Shown: one piece after another, positions 1-8,786 of the stretch | How the letters are laid out: the number at the start of each line of letters is the position of its first letter | How positions within the stretch are numbered: the stretch's first letter is position 1 | Assembly (NCBI GenBank): GCA_963817955.1 | Contig: CAWFQK010000004.1 | Span: 608,001-672,000, forward strand | DNA length: 64,000 bases | Direction of reading: 5' to 3' | Origin: an uncultured Gemmatimonadaceae bacterium | Lineage (GTDB): Bacteria > Gemmatimonadota > Gemmatimonadetes > Gemmatimonadales > Gemmatimonadaceae | Made by a program: the position numbers and the translations under genes | Notes under the pieces: model-generated | The model's input: only the letters and a program-made list of their open reading frames with translations | Databases searched by the model: none | Told to the model about the DNA's origin: nothing

Positions 1-1552
1 TCTCCGCGCCGACCTTCTGCGCGTTCTGCAAGGCATCGAGGCCAATCTGGAACGAGCTCAGTCCGATGTAGAATTTCGTGGCCGGGGATGCGGCAATGGC
101 ATCCGCTGACTGCGCCGACTTCAATGCGGCCGCCCAGTCCTCACGGGTCTTTGATTCCTGGGCCTTCTTGACGGCGGCGCCCACGGGTGCCAGCAGGGCT
201 TGACCCAATGCTTCCTTGTCGGCGCCGCCGGCGACCGCACGCTTTGCCAGCGCCATCGCAGTGTCCGGCTGGTTCATGTCGTTCGCGGTCACGATCGCGA
301 ACAGCCAGGCATTCGCATTCTTCGGCTCGAGGGTGGCAGCACGAAGTGCTGCGTCGAGCGCCTGTTGGAGCTGGCCTTGCTTGCGATAGGTCTGGGCCAG
401 CAGGATCTGCAAGCTGGCGTCCTGCGGGAACTTCTGCGCCGCGCGCGCCGTGTACAACTGGACTGCCGTGGTATTGCTATCCTGCTGCGCAGCGCCGATC
501 TGGCGTTGGAAGAAATCGAGCGACGCCGCCACGGTGTCGGCCTTCACGTACTCGTCGCCGGCCGCCATTGCCTGTTTGAACTTGCCCGCCTTGAGGAGGA
601 GCAGCCACTTCGTGTGAAGCATCTGCGGATCGCCCGGATTATTGGCGAGCAGCGAGTCGATGATCGGCAACGCTTTGTCGGGTGCGCCGGACTGTGCGAG
701 CCCCTGGATGATTGCCGGAACAACGGTCGTGTTGGTGGGATCCGCGCGATAGATGCGGAGGTTGTATTCGATGGCTTTGTCTTTCTCGCCCTTCTGCCCG
801 TAGGCTTCGGCCGCATTGCTCAGTGCGAGCACACTGGTGGGATCGATCGCGAGCACCGCGTTGGCCACGCTGATGATCGAGTCCGCCGGCGCCTTGTTGT
901 AGCTATACGCCGAGAGCAGGCACAGACGGTTCAAAGCCGAGTTCGGATATGCCACGAGGCCGAGCCGCGCCTCTTTGGCCGCGTCATCATATTTGTTCGC
1001 GCGCAACGCCTTTGTGCAGAGCGCATACGCAGGCATTGCCTTGAGCGCGTCGGTGAGCGTGCGTTCGAGCAACTTGGCTGCGTCACCCGCATCCTTTCCG
1101 TCCGATGGGGGAAGCGGCTGCGCGAGCGTCTGCGTCCCGGTGCGGCTCAGCACCCGGGCGTCGATTCGAACACCGGTGGGCGTCTTCGTGGCCGTGCCAT
1201 CGACGACGTACTCACCGTGGAGTTGCTTTGCGAGCTCCATGAGGTCCGACGCGTTCAGCGCCGAATCTGGCCGATAGCCGGACGCCTCGAGCGTGGCGTT
1301 GATGTTCGTCTTGGGCACGACAAACAGCTCTTTCGCGCCATGTTCTCCCGCGATGCGTTTGCGGACCTCGTCAGCAGCCTGAACGCCGAGTTGGCGGTCC
1401 GTGCTGTGAAAGGCTGCTACGAGGATATAGGGGGTATCCTGACTCGGGGGTCCCCCGCGCTGGATCTGGGCGGTCTGTGCGTGTAGCGAACTTGCCGCCA
1501 GCGAAAGCGCGAGAAAGCCCGCGGCCGCAGCCGCTTGGCGATGCGTTGACAT
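1..1552 (-). CDS. Secreted helical-repeat (TPR-like) protein, 3' end beyond window edge
   Basis: Not in the ORF track because it runs off the edge. ATG at 1552 follows GGGAGG; translation MSTHRQAAAAAGFLALSLAASSLHAQ resembles a signal peptide; the downstream sequence is Ala/Lys/Gln-rich and helical. Confidence 0.7.
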   Translation of the reverse strand, partial: MSTHRQAAAAAGFLALSLAASSLHAQTAQIQRGGPPSQDTPYILVAAFHSTDRQLGVQAADEVRKRIAGEHGAKELFVVPKTNINATLEASGYRPDSALNASDLMELAKQLHGEYVVDGTATKTPTGVRIDARVLSRTGTQTLAQPLPPSDGKDAGDAAKLLERTLTDALKAMPAYALCTKALRANKYDDAAKEARLGLVAYPNSALNRLCLLSAYSYNKAPADSIISVANAVLAIDPTSVLALSNAAEAYGQKGEKDKAIEYNLRIYRADPTNTTVVPAIIQGLAQSGAPDKALPIIDSLLANNPGDPQMLHTKWLLLLKAGKFKQAMAAGDEYVKADTVAASLDFFQRQIGAAQQDSNTTAVQLYTARAAQKFPQDASLQILLAQTYRKQGQLQQALDAALRAATLEPKNANAWLFAIVTANDMNQPDTAMALAKRAVAGGADKEALGQALLAPVGAAVKKAQESKTREDWAAALKSAQSADAIAASPATKFYIGLSSFQIGLDALQNAQKVGAE

Positions 1553-1637
1553 CACAGTCTTAACCTCCCAGACGTTGAACTGCTGCACCCCAACATGAAC
1601 GCTCGAGTTCGCGATTTTGACAACCAAATGTTCAAAA

Positions 1638-1711
1638 TGGGCGAAGAGGGACTCGAACCCCCGACATCCTGCGTGTAAAGCAGGCGCTCTAACCAACTGA
1701 GCTATTCGCCC
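1638..1711 (-). tRNA. tRNA-Val (anticodon TAC), CCA not encoded
   Basis: Reverse complement GGGCGAATAGCTCAGTTGGTTAGAGCGCCTGCTTTACACGCAGGATGTCGGGGGTTCGAGTCCCTCTTCGCCCA: acceptor stem, D arm, anticodon loop TTTACAC, GTTCGA T-loop. Confidence 0.97.
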
Positions 1712-1731
1712 GGGGGGTGACCTCTCTGCAT

Positions 1732-1902
1732 TTACTTCAAGATTGCAAGCGGTACGAGCACGCAGTAACCGACGGCCAGCAGGATTGGGGCAATCGTTTC
1801 GCCCCCCCGCGCCAAGTCGGCGAATCCAGCGATGATGACGACCAGCGCAATTCCCCACCACATCAAGCCTCGTGTACGAGGCGACGTCTCGATCTCTGCC
1901 AT
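1732..1902 (-). CDS. Small two-TM membrane protein (56 aa)
   Basis: MAEIETSPRTRGLMWWGIALVVIIAGF...IAPILLAVGYCVLVPLAILK; two hydrophobic segments; directly downstream of a consensus promoter. Confidence 0.7.
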   Translation of the reverse strand: MAEIETSPRTRGLMWWGIALVVIIAGFADLARGGETIAPILLAVGYCVLVPLAILK

Positions 1903-1911
1903 AGGGAATAT

Positions 1912-1940
1912 AGTGTAGACCGTCCGGGAAAACCTGTCAA
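1912..1940 (-). promoter_or_regulatory. Sigma70-type promoter for the small protein and tRNA-Val
   Basis: TTGACA (1940-1935) - 17 nt - TACACT (1917-1912); ATG lies 9 nt downstream of the -10 box. Confidence 0.75.
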
Positions 1941-2004
1941 GCAATGTGCTGAAGCGAAGTTACACCGTCATGATCGCTAGATTAGTTCACGATTAAAATG
2001 CCAG

Positions 2005-3010
2005 TCACTCGGGCATTTGGTCCCTTCCCGCGGACGGGTCGTCCCCCCGCAAGAGTGCCTCGATCGCGCTTTCCCGGGCTGCGCGCTCAGCCACTTCATC
2101 CGCGACGCGCATTGCCGCCAGACGCTGCCGATCTCGCTGCCGACGCGCAATATAGAATGGCACGATCAGAACGAGCAGCAACAGACCGCCAATTGCCACG
2201 TTACTCACCAGGGCGAGCGCGCCGTACCGCCGCCGCGTATCGGCCCTCCAACGCGTCTCGAATCCGCTGAGCGTGAGCCCATACGTCGCGCGCATTGCGC
2301 GATCGAGGTCGCCTTCTCGCCGCCACGATTCGAAGAACCGTGACAACCCGCCATCGGGATCGAGCGACGCCAGTTCGACCACCGCGCGGTACGCGAGGGC
2401 ATACGCGTTCTCCGCCGTCGTGGAGCCACCGTTGAGCTGTACATCGAGCTCAGCGAACGTCGGCGACCCGCGCAACGCCAGCGCAATGTTCGCCGCCAGT
2501 GCATCCTCGCGACGCCATTCGCGCGCGGCATAGCTCGCGTAACCTTCATCGAACCAGCGTGGCGGCTGATCGCCGAGGTATTCGTGCAGCGCGAGGTGTG
2601 CGAGTTCGTGTCGGAAGACCTCGCTTGGATCGCCGGCATCCGCGCCGGCGCCGCGGCCCTGCATCACGATACGTCGCGAGTCGGGGAAGGTGATCGCCGC
2701 GCCCCATTCCGGGGCTTCGGGCCCCGCCCATTCGCGGAAACGGCGCGCATCGGGCGCGATCGCCAGCAGCACGTGTTCATGTGGCCGCGGCAGCCCGGGA
2801 AACGTATCGGTGCGCTGCGCCTGCTCGAGCAGCGACGTCGCCAGCACAGCTTCCGTGGGATAGAAGACGGCCGTGAACCGCCCACGATCGATGCGTTTGG
2901 GGGCATCGGCTTGGGACACGGCGCACGAAACACGGGACACGGGAAAAAGCAGCAGGAGTGTTGCGACCGTCGCAGCCAGCCACCGCGTGACGCACGACCT
3001 GCGGAGCAGG
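2005..3010 (-). CDS. Peptidase MA-like zinc metalloprotease with N-terminal signal/TM and C-terminal TM; start codon uncertain
   Basis: HELAH (HExxH) followed by WFDEGYASY (third-ligand Glu); hydrophobic N- and C-terminal segments. No clean ATG/GTG near the upstream stop. Confidence 0.75.
2914..2941 (-). repeat. Four degenerate heptamers (CGTGTCC family) inside the signal-peptide coding region
   Basis: Coding strand CGTGTCC CGTGTTT CGTGCGC CGTGTCC. Confidence 0.55.
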
Positions 3011-3014
3011 TGCC

Positions 3015-3875
3015 CTACGGTTCGCCCCCCGCCTCCACGGTCTTCAGAACCTCCGCGCACCGTTTTCCCCACGGGGTGAACTTGTTCGCCGCGAAACCGG
3101 CTCGCCATGTCTCGATTGCCTCGGCCCGCTGCCCGTTGAACCAGTACGCGCGACCGAGCTCATAGTACGCCTCGATCAAGTTCGGCCCGAGCGCCAGCGT
3201 CTTCTGGAAGAAGGTCTGTGCATCCTCGAACATGTCACGCTCGAGATACACCAACCCGAGATAGAAGTGCGCATACAGCAGTGCCTTCTTATCATTGCCC
3301 AGCCTGATGGCGCGTGACAGGTGCTCGATCGCTTCGCCGAATATGCCTTTCTTGAGACAGATGTAACCCACGTTGATGCGGGCGAGCGCATTCTGCGGCT
3401 CCCGCACGAGCACTTTCTGAAAATTGAGCAGTGCGTCGTCGAACTTGTCCTGCAGCATCTGCGCCCAGCCCAGCAGTGATTCCGCCTGCGGATCGTTCGG
3501 CGCAAGCTCCAGCGCCTTCATCAGGGCCTGCTCTGCGCCGGCATGGTCGCCGAGCGAAATCTTGCTCCATCCCTTCTCAATGAACGTCGAGGCGCCAATG
3601 TGGTCGGCGTGCACCACGGGCTTTTCACCAATGAACGCGGGCGCGAGCGATGGCTGCGCGCCTTTCACGCCTTTCACGCTTTTCCACGTCTCGACGAGCT
3701 GCAGCACTTCTGCTTTGAGCACGACGAGATCCGTGAGCTCCTGCTCGACGCTCTTGAACAGCACGCCGATATCGGTCTTCAGCGCACTGAGGTCGGCTGC
3801 GGCGGCAGGTGAGGCGAGGCGGACGCGGAGCTCGTCACGGCGCACCCGCAGGGCATCCACCAGCCGCTCAGCCAC
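3015..3875 (-). CDS. TPR protein with N-terminal coiled coil
   Basis: Repeated TPR motifs (ALELAPNDPQAESLLG, LVREPQNALARINVG, LALGPNLIEAYYELG); GTG start overlaps the cheW stop. Confidence 0.85.
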   Translation of the reverse strand: MAERLVDALRVRRDELRVRLASPAAAADLSALKTDIGVLFKSVEQELTDLVVLKAEVLQLVETWKSVKGVKGAQPSLAPAFIGEKPVVHADHIGASTFIEKGWSKISLGDHAGAEQALMKALELAPNDPQAESLLGWAQMLQDKFDDALLNFQKVLVREPQNALARINVGYICLKKGIFGEAIEHLSRAIRLGNDKKALLYAHFYLGLVYLERDMFEDAQTFFQKTLALGPNLIEAYYELGRAYWFNGQRAEAIETWRAGFAANKFTPWGKRCAEVLKTVEAGGEP

Positions 3876-4353
3876 GAACAGTAACCTCGGCGGCTCGCAC
3901 GGTGCGCTCGAAGACGATGCGATCGGCGGTGGACAGCACACGGTCAACGTCGAGAATCACCACGAGCTGGTCGCCCGTTTTCACGATGCCGCGAACGAAC
4001 TCGGAAGCAAGGCCGCGGAAGAGAGCCGGCGGCGGCGAGACGCTCGTCGCTGGCACCGCGGCCACTTCCAGCACGGCATCGACGATCGCACCGACGCAGC
4101 CATCCGCGGTGTTCAGGACCAGGATGCGCGTGGAGGACGTGACCGGCGTCTCGGGCAGCTCCATGCGTCGACGCATATCGACGGCAGGGATCACCGCGCC
4201 ACGGTGCTCGAACACGCCTGCGATCCACGCAGGCAGATCGGGCACGTTGCTTGGCGCTGCGTAGCGCAGCACCCGATCCACCGCAAAGATGTCGGCGGCG
4301 AACCGGTCCAGCCCCAAGCGGAAGGTGACGAGCTTCACGACGTCGGTCTTCAT
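3868..4353 (-). CDS. cheW: Chemotaxis coupling protein CheW
   Basis: LVTFRLG...VPDLPAWIAGVFEHRGAVIPAVDMRRRM...GAIVDAV...ILDVDRVL. Confidence 0.9.
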   Translation of the reverse strand: MKTDVVKLVTFRLGLDRFAADIFAVDRVLRYAAPSNVPDLPAWIAGVFEHRGAVIPAVDMRRRMELPETPVTSSTRILVLNTADGCVGAIVDAVLEVAAVPATSVSPPPALFRGLASEFVRGIVKTGDQLVVILDVDRVLSTADRIVFERTVRAAEVTVRG

Positions 4354-4811
4354 GCGATCTCTCCTGGCCCTTCACCCGTCAAAACGGACACGGCCGCCAC
4401 CGCCAGCAACGCGTCCGCGTTGAGCACCGCGATCAATTCTGCTCCACGACGGACGACGCCCGCCAGCATTCCATCCGACGACTGATTGCCCGGCACGGCG
4501 AGCAGCTCCCGGGCCTCGACAGTGATTGCGTCCTGCACATCGTCGACGGCGAAGCCGGCTCGCCGTTCATCGCGTGCGAATAGCAGCAGCACCCCATCCG
4601 CCCGTCCGCCGACGTTCAGGAGCGACCGGGGGTCATATATGGTGACCAGCGCGCCGCGAATAGCCGCGATACCGAGGACCGATGGCGGCGCGTCGGGGAC
4701 AGGATGCATCGCCGGCAAGTCCATCACTTCTTCCACGGATGCCAACTCGACGGCAAAGCGCTCGCGTCCCAATCGAAAGACGAGAAGCCGCGCCGCACCG
4801 TCACGGAACAT
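4350..4811 (-). CDS. cheW: CheW-like protein
   Basis: LLVFRLGRERFAV...VPDAPPSVLGIAAIRGALVTIYDP...GFAVDDV; ATG at 4811 overlaps the cheB stop. Confidence 0.85.
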   Translation of the reverse strand: MFRDGAARLLVFRLGRERFAVELASVEEVMDLPAMHPVPDAPPSVLGIAAIRGALVTIYDPRSLLNVGGRADGVLLLFARDERRAGFAVDDVQDAITVEARELLAVPGNQSSDGMLAGVVRRGAELIAVLNADALLAVAAVSVLTGEGPGEIA

Positions 4812-5868
4812 GCCGCAGCGCCTCCACCATCTCGCTGATGACCGGGGCGATCTCGTGCAGCGGGGCGACGCGATCGGCGCCCGCATGCTGCAGCGCCATC
4901 TGCGGCATGCCGAAAATCGTCGCGGTGGCGCGATCCTGCACGATAGCCCGGCCTCCGGCTTCGCGGATCAAACGGGTCCCTTCGCTGCCGTCTCGCCCCA
5001 TGCCAGTGAGCACGACGGCCACCGTCGCCGCACCAAACACCTCCGCCGCAGAGCGGAACAATCGGTCGGCTGCGGGACGCACGCCCCAGATCGATGGCGA
5101 TGTATCGAGCACGATCGTCGGACCATCGGGGTCGCCGCGCACCCGCATGTGGTAGCCGCCGGGCGCCAAATAGACGTTGCCATGCACAACGGGCTCGCCG
5201 TCCTCGGCCTCGTGGATCCGGATCGGACTCAAGGTATCGAGCCGCTGGGCGAGACTCTTCGTGAACCCAGCCGGCATGTGTTGCACGATGAGCACCGCCG
5301 CGGGGAGTTCGCGCGGCAGATGGGGCATGATCGCCGCGAGCGCGCGCGGTCCGCCAGTCGATGACGCGATGACCACTGCGTGCGACGCGCGCGTGAGCGG
5401 ATCGATGCGCCGGACGCCCTCCAGCGAGGAACGCGCCGGCGTCTTCAGGCCGGCGAGGTTCGCCGCCGCCGCGCCGCGCAATGCGGCCACGAGACGATCG
5501 GCAATGAGTCCCACATCGAGGCTGATCGAGCCCGACGGCTTGAGCACGAAGTCCACCGCGCCCAGTTCGAGCGCCTTGAGCGTCGCCTCCTGCCCGCTGC
5601 GTGTCGTTCCGGCACTCAGCATGACCACCGCGCGCGGCGTTTCGCTCATGATATAGCCAAGCGCACTCAAACCGTCGAGTTCCGGCATGTCCACGTCGAG
5701 CGTGACAATATCTGGATCGAGCTCGTGAATCCGCTTGAGCGCGTCGAATCCGTTCCGCGCCGTACCCGCCACCACGAACTCTCCCGAGTCATCGACGATC
5801 TGCGAGGTCATGCGGCGCATGAACGCGCTATCGTCCACGACGAGGACACGCGGCTTGTCAGAGGACAC
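4801..5868 (-). CDS. cheB: Protein-glutamate methylesterase CheB (REC + esterase)
   Basis: REC: VLVVDDSAFMR, TLDVDMP, FVLKP. Esterase triad motifs SSTGG, VQHMP, TGMGRDG. Confidence 0.96.
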   Translation of the reverse strand: MSSDKPRVLVVDDSAFMRRMTSQIVDDSGEFVVAGTARNGFDALKRIHELDPDIVTLDVDMPELDGLSALGYIMSETPRAVVMLSAGTTRSGQEATLKALELGAVDFVLKPSGSISLDVGLIADRLVAALRGAAAANLAGLKTPARSSLEGVRRIDPLTRASHAVVIASSTGGPRALAAIMPHLPRELPAAVLIVQHMPAGFTKSLAQRLDTLSPIRIHEAEDGEPVVHGNVYLAPGGYHMRVRGDPDGPTIVLDTSPSIWGVRPAADRLFRSAAEVFGAATVAVVLTGMGRDGSEGTRLIREAGGRAIVQDRATATIFGMPQMALQHAGADRVAPLHEIAPVISEMVEALRHVP

Positions 5869-6349
5869 GCGATCCCCCGCGCAGCGAGCGCACTTCCACG
5901 CGGCCATCCGCTAGAAAGAGGTACACGCTGCGGCCGTAGTCGCTCCCGGTGTCCTCGGCCACGATCGGCAGGTTGGCGCCGGCGAGCACTTCGCGCACCG
6001 CAGTGACGTTCCGTTCCCCAATGTTCATGCCGCCCGCCGGAAGGACGTTGCCAAACATACTCGCGCCGCCGGCGATTCTCGCTCGAATGCGCCCGAGGCT
6101 GGCGCCGAGGTCCCGCATCTCGGCGAGCACCAGCGGAACCACCGTCTGTGGAAATTTCGCCGGATTGGATCGATCGCGCGACATGCTCTCGCTTGGCAGC
6201 AGCACGTGAGCCAGGGCGCCAACGCGCGCCACGGCGTCGTACAGAACAATCGCCACGCACGATCCGAGGCCGATCGTCGAGATCGTCCCGTCGGCGGCGA
6301 CGGCATAGTCGGCGACCTTCACGCGCCGCTCGACGGGAATGGCCGTCAT
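5858..6349 (-). CDS. cheD: Chemoreceptor glutamine deamidase CheD
   Basis: TIGLGSCVAI...LAHVLLP...IAGGASMF...IGERN...EDTG motifs. Confidence 0.93.
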   Translation of the reverse strand: MTAIPVERRVKVADYAVAADGTISTIGLGSCVAIVLYDAVARVGALAHVLLPSESMSRDRSNPAKFPQTVVPLVLAEMRDLGASLGRIRARIAGGASMFGNVLPAGGMNIGERNVTAVREVLAGANLPIVAEDTGSDYGRSVYLFLADGRVEVRSLRGGSRVL

Positions 6350-7170
6350 AGGCGCCGAAAGATTCGTTGCCGCGCATCGACGGGCGCGAAGTGGGTGCGC
6401 GCACGTCCGAGCAGGGTCTCGACCTTGCCGAGCACGAGGAATCCGTCCGGCGCCAGCGCGTCGTAGAAAGTATTGAACAGCCGCTCCTGCGTATCCCGGT
6501 CGAAGTAAATCAACACGTTTCGGCACACGATGAGGTCATGCGGCCCCGGCGGCGGCGGCTCGCTGAGCAGATCGCGTCGCTCGAACCGCACCATGCTGCG
6601 AATGGCTGAGGATACGGCGAAGGGCGACGCGACCGCGAAGTACTCCTGTCGCAGATCGCCAGGCGTGTCGTCGAAGTCGCCTGGCTCGAATTGTCCGCGC
6701 CCAGCCGCGGCGAGACATTGCTGGTCGATGTCGGTTCCCACCACCCGCACGCGCCCAATCCGGGCGAGCGAATCGTTGAGGGCCGCGTACCGATGAAACA
6801 GAATGGCGAGCGAATACGGCTCGTCTCCCGACGAGCACCCCGCGCTCCACACGCGAATCGCCGGCTGCTCGCGGCGCCAGAGCGCGGGCACCACGTGCTC
6901 CGCCATCGCCGCGTAGGCATCCCAGTTTCGAAAGAGTTTCGTGACATTGATCGTCAACGCATCGAGCAGCCGGTCGTATTCTGCGGCGTCCCGATCGAGG
7001 AGTCGCGCGTACTCGTCGTAGGTGTGCACACCGCGCGCGCGCATGCGCACGGCAATCCGCCGGCGCAGACACTTCTCCTTGTACGACGCACAGCCGAAGC
7101 CGCGCTCCGCGGAGATCTTGTGCGTCAACTCCAAGAACCCAGCCTGCTCCTGCTCCTGCTCCGGCATCAA
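6346..7170 (-). CDS. cheR: Protein-glutamate O-methyltransferase CheR
   Basis: LTINVTKLFR, WSAGCSSGDEPYS, GTDID, DLIVCRNVLIYF, GFLVLGKVE. Confidence 0.95.
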   Translation of the reverse strand: MMPEQEQEQAGFLELTHKISAERGFGCASYKEKCLRRRIAVRMRARGVHTYDEYARLLDRDAAEYDRLLDALTINVTKLFRNWDAYAAMAEHVVPALWRREQPAIRVWSAGCSSGDEPYSLAILFHRYAALNDSLARIGRVRVVGTDIDQQCLAAAGRGQFEPGDFDDTPGDLRQEYFAVASPFAVSSAIRSMVRFERRDLLSEPPPPGPHDLIVCRNVLIYFDRDTQERLFNTFYDALAPDGFLVLGKVETLLGRARTHFAPVDARQRIFRRL

Positions 7171-8786
7171 TACACCTGCCGAATCGATTCCAGATTCGTA
7201 CGCACGATTGCGTTGTTCGGATCGAGCTCGAGCGCCCGCTCCCAGCAGCGTAGCGCTTCATCGCGCTCCCGCCGCCGCAGGCGAATGTTGCCGAGCTTGA
7301 GATAGACGTCGGCCCCGAGATCCGGGTCCGCCTTCGTCGCGCGCAGGTACGACTCGAGGGCGTCGTCGTACCGGCCGCCGCGGTAGTGCAGGTCGCCCAG
7401 GTTCTTGTGGAGCTGCGGCATGCCGGGATCCTCATGGAGGCCGCGTTCGATGGTCTCACGCGCATTGTCGTAGGCCGTGCTGCGTTCGAGCGCCGCGGCG
7501 AGGTTGTTCCAGAGCGCCGCGACGTGCGGATGGGCCGACACGCCCTCTGTCAGCACGATGGCGGCGCGCGACGTGTCTCCGGCGAGCGCGGCCGCAAGCC
7601 CCATGTAGTGGTACCACGCCGCAGTCGGCGGACGGGTGCCGAACAGCGTCCGCGCCGACGCGAGCAGCGCGTCGGCCTCCGCGACATCGCCCGTCATGAG
7701 CGTCACCACACCGAGCGACGTCTGCACGCGCGGATCGGCCGAACCACCGCGCCGCGCGGCCTCCTCGAGCGCTGCACGCGCTTCCTCGTATCGATTGAGC
7801 CGCTCCAGCGCGTAGGCCAGGTTGTGGAACACCGCCATGTGCGCGCCCGGTTGCGCCGCCGCCTCGGAGAATGTGGCGGCCGCGTCTTCCCACTTCTGCT
7901 GGCGGGCCAGCACGAGACCGATGTAGAACCGCGCCACCGCGTCGAATCCGCGCAGATCGAGCACACGCCGGAATTCCCGCAACGCCTCATCGAGCATATT
8001 GGTCTTGTAGAACGCGATCCCGAGGTTGCGGTGTTCCTCGATGCGCCCTTCCGACGGCGCGGGAGCCGGCGGCGCCGTCTTGCCAATGCGATGGATGAAC
8101 CCCGTGGTGAGCAGGCCGTACAACGCCTTCCCGACCTCGAACTCCACGAGGCCTGACTCGTCGATGATTGCTTGCACGTCGCGCGTGCCGTCGACCAACT
8201 CGAGCACGGCACGCTGCTCGTCGGTGAGCGCTGTTTCGCTCGATAGGACCTTGGCGCGATCTATCTCGAAGACAATGTCGAACGTCGGAATCTTCTTCTC
8301 GACGAGACCCCACTCATCGACTCGCCGGGCACCCTCGAGCAGCAGCGACTCCGGATTGATCGATACGACATGGTCATGCTGATCCGGCGCGACGTCAGCC
8401 TCGAAATTGAATGTCCCCTGGTTCCAGGTGAACAGGAAGTACACCGCTTCCTGAATCTGCACATGGATGGCGTCGTGCAACTGCTGCAGACTGAGCGCGC
8501 CCTGCTCCACCAGCAACTCGCCAAGCCGCTTGTCGCGCCGGCGATCCTGCAGCGCCACACTGGCCTCCAACCGCGCCTGCGTGACGATGCCGCTCTTCAC
8601 CAGCATGTCGCCGAGTCGATCGCGCCGGTTCACGATGGAGGCGTAGCAGATGCGGCCCTTTTCGAAATAGACGTACCCAAAGCTGTTCCGGTGCGTGACG
8701 CTCAGGCACCCCGTCTTCTTCCCCATCGCCAGAAGCTGGAGAACGTCGGGAAGGCTCGCTTCCTTGAGGCTGCCGCGGATGGCCAT
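7167..8786 (-). CDS. DUF4388 (PatA-N-like) + MshEN-like motif + TPR protein
   Basis: AIRGSLKEASLPDVLQLLAMGKKTGCL...WNQGTFNF...ESLLLEGARRVDEW is the DUF4388 signature; two RLGxxL repeats; many C-terminal TPRs. Confidence 0.85.
   Translation of the reverse strand: MAIRGSLKEASLPDVLQLLAMGKKTGCLSVTHRNSFGYVYFEKGRICYASIVNRRDRLGDMLVKSGIVTQARLEASVALQDRRRDKRLGELLVEQGALSLQQLHDAIHVQIQEAVYFLFTWNQGTFNFEADVAPDQHDHVVSINPESLLLEGARRVDEWGLVEKKIPTFDIVFEIDRAKVLSSETALTDEQRAVLELVDGTRDVQAIIDESGLVEFEVGKALYGLLTTGFIHRIGKTAPPAPAPSEGRIEEHRNLGIAFYKTNMLDEALREFRRVLDLRGFDAVARFYIGLVLARQQKWEDAAATFSEAAAQPGAHMAVFHNLAYALERLNRYEEARAALEEAARRGGSADPRVQTSLGVVTLMTGDVAEADALLASARTLFGTRPPTAAWYHYMGLAAALAGDTSRAAIVLTEGVSAHPHVAALWNNLAAALERSTAYDNARETIERGLHEDPGMPQLHKNLGDLHYRGGRYDDALESYLRATKADPDLGADVYLKLGNIRLRRRERDEALRCWERALELDPNNAIVRTNLESIRQVY

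Noticed and set aside
200..1486. 428-aa plus-strand ORF and the many other long antisense ORFs (e.g. 9251-10768, 16547-18616, 22845-24581, 31423-32895)
   Set aside because: They are shadows of real opposite-strand genes in GC-rich DNA, with Arg-rich composition and no motifs.
1638..1711. tRNA-Val as an integration site for an island
   Set aside because: No integrase and no duplicated tRNA 3' end seen in the window.
7144..7164. EQEQEQ at the CheR N-terminus as a self-modification site
   Set aside because: It is simply a short GAGCAG hexamer repeat; nothing else supports function.
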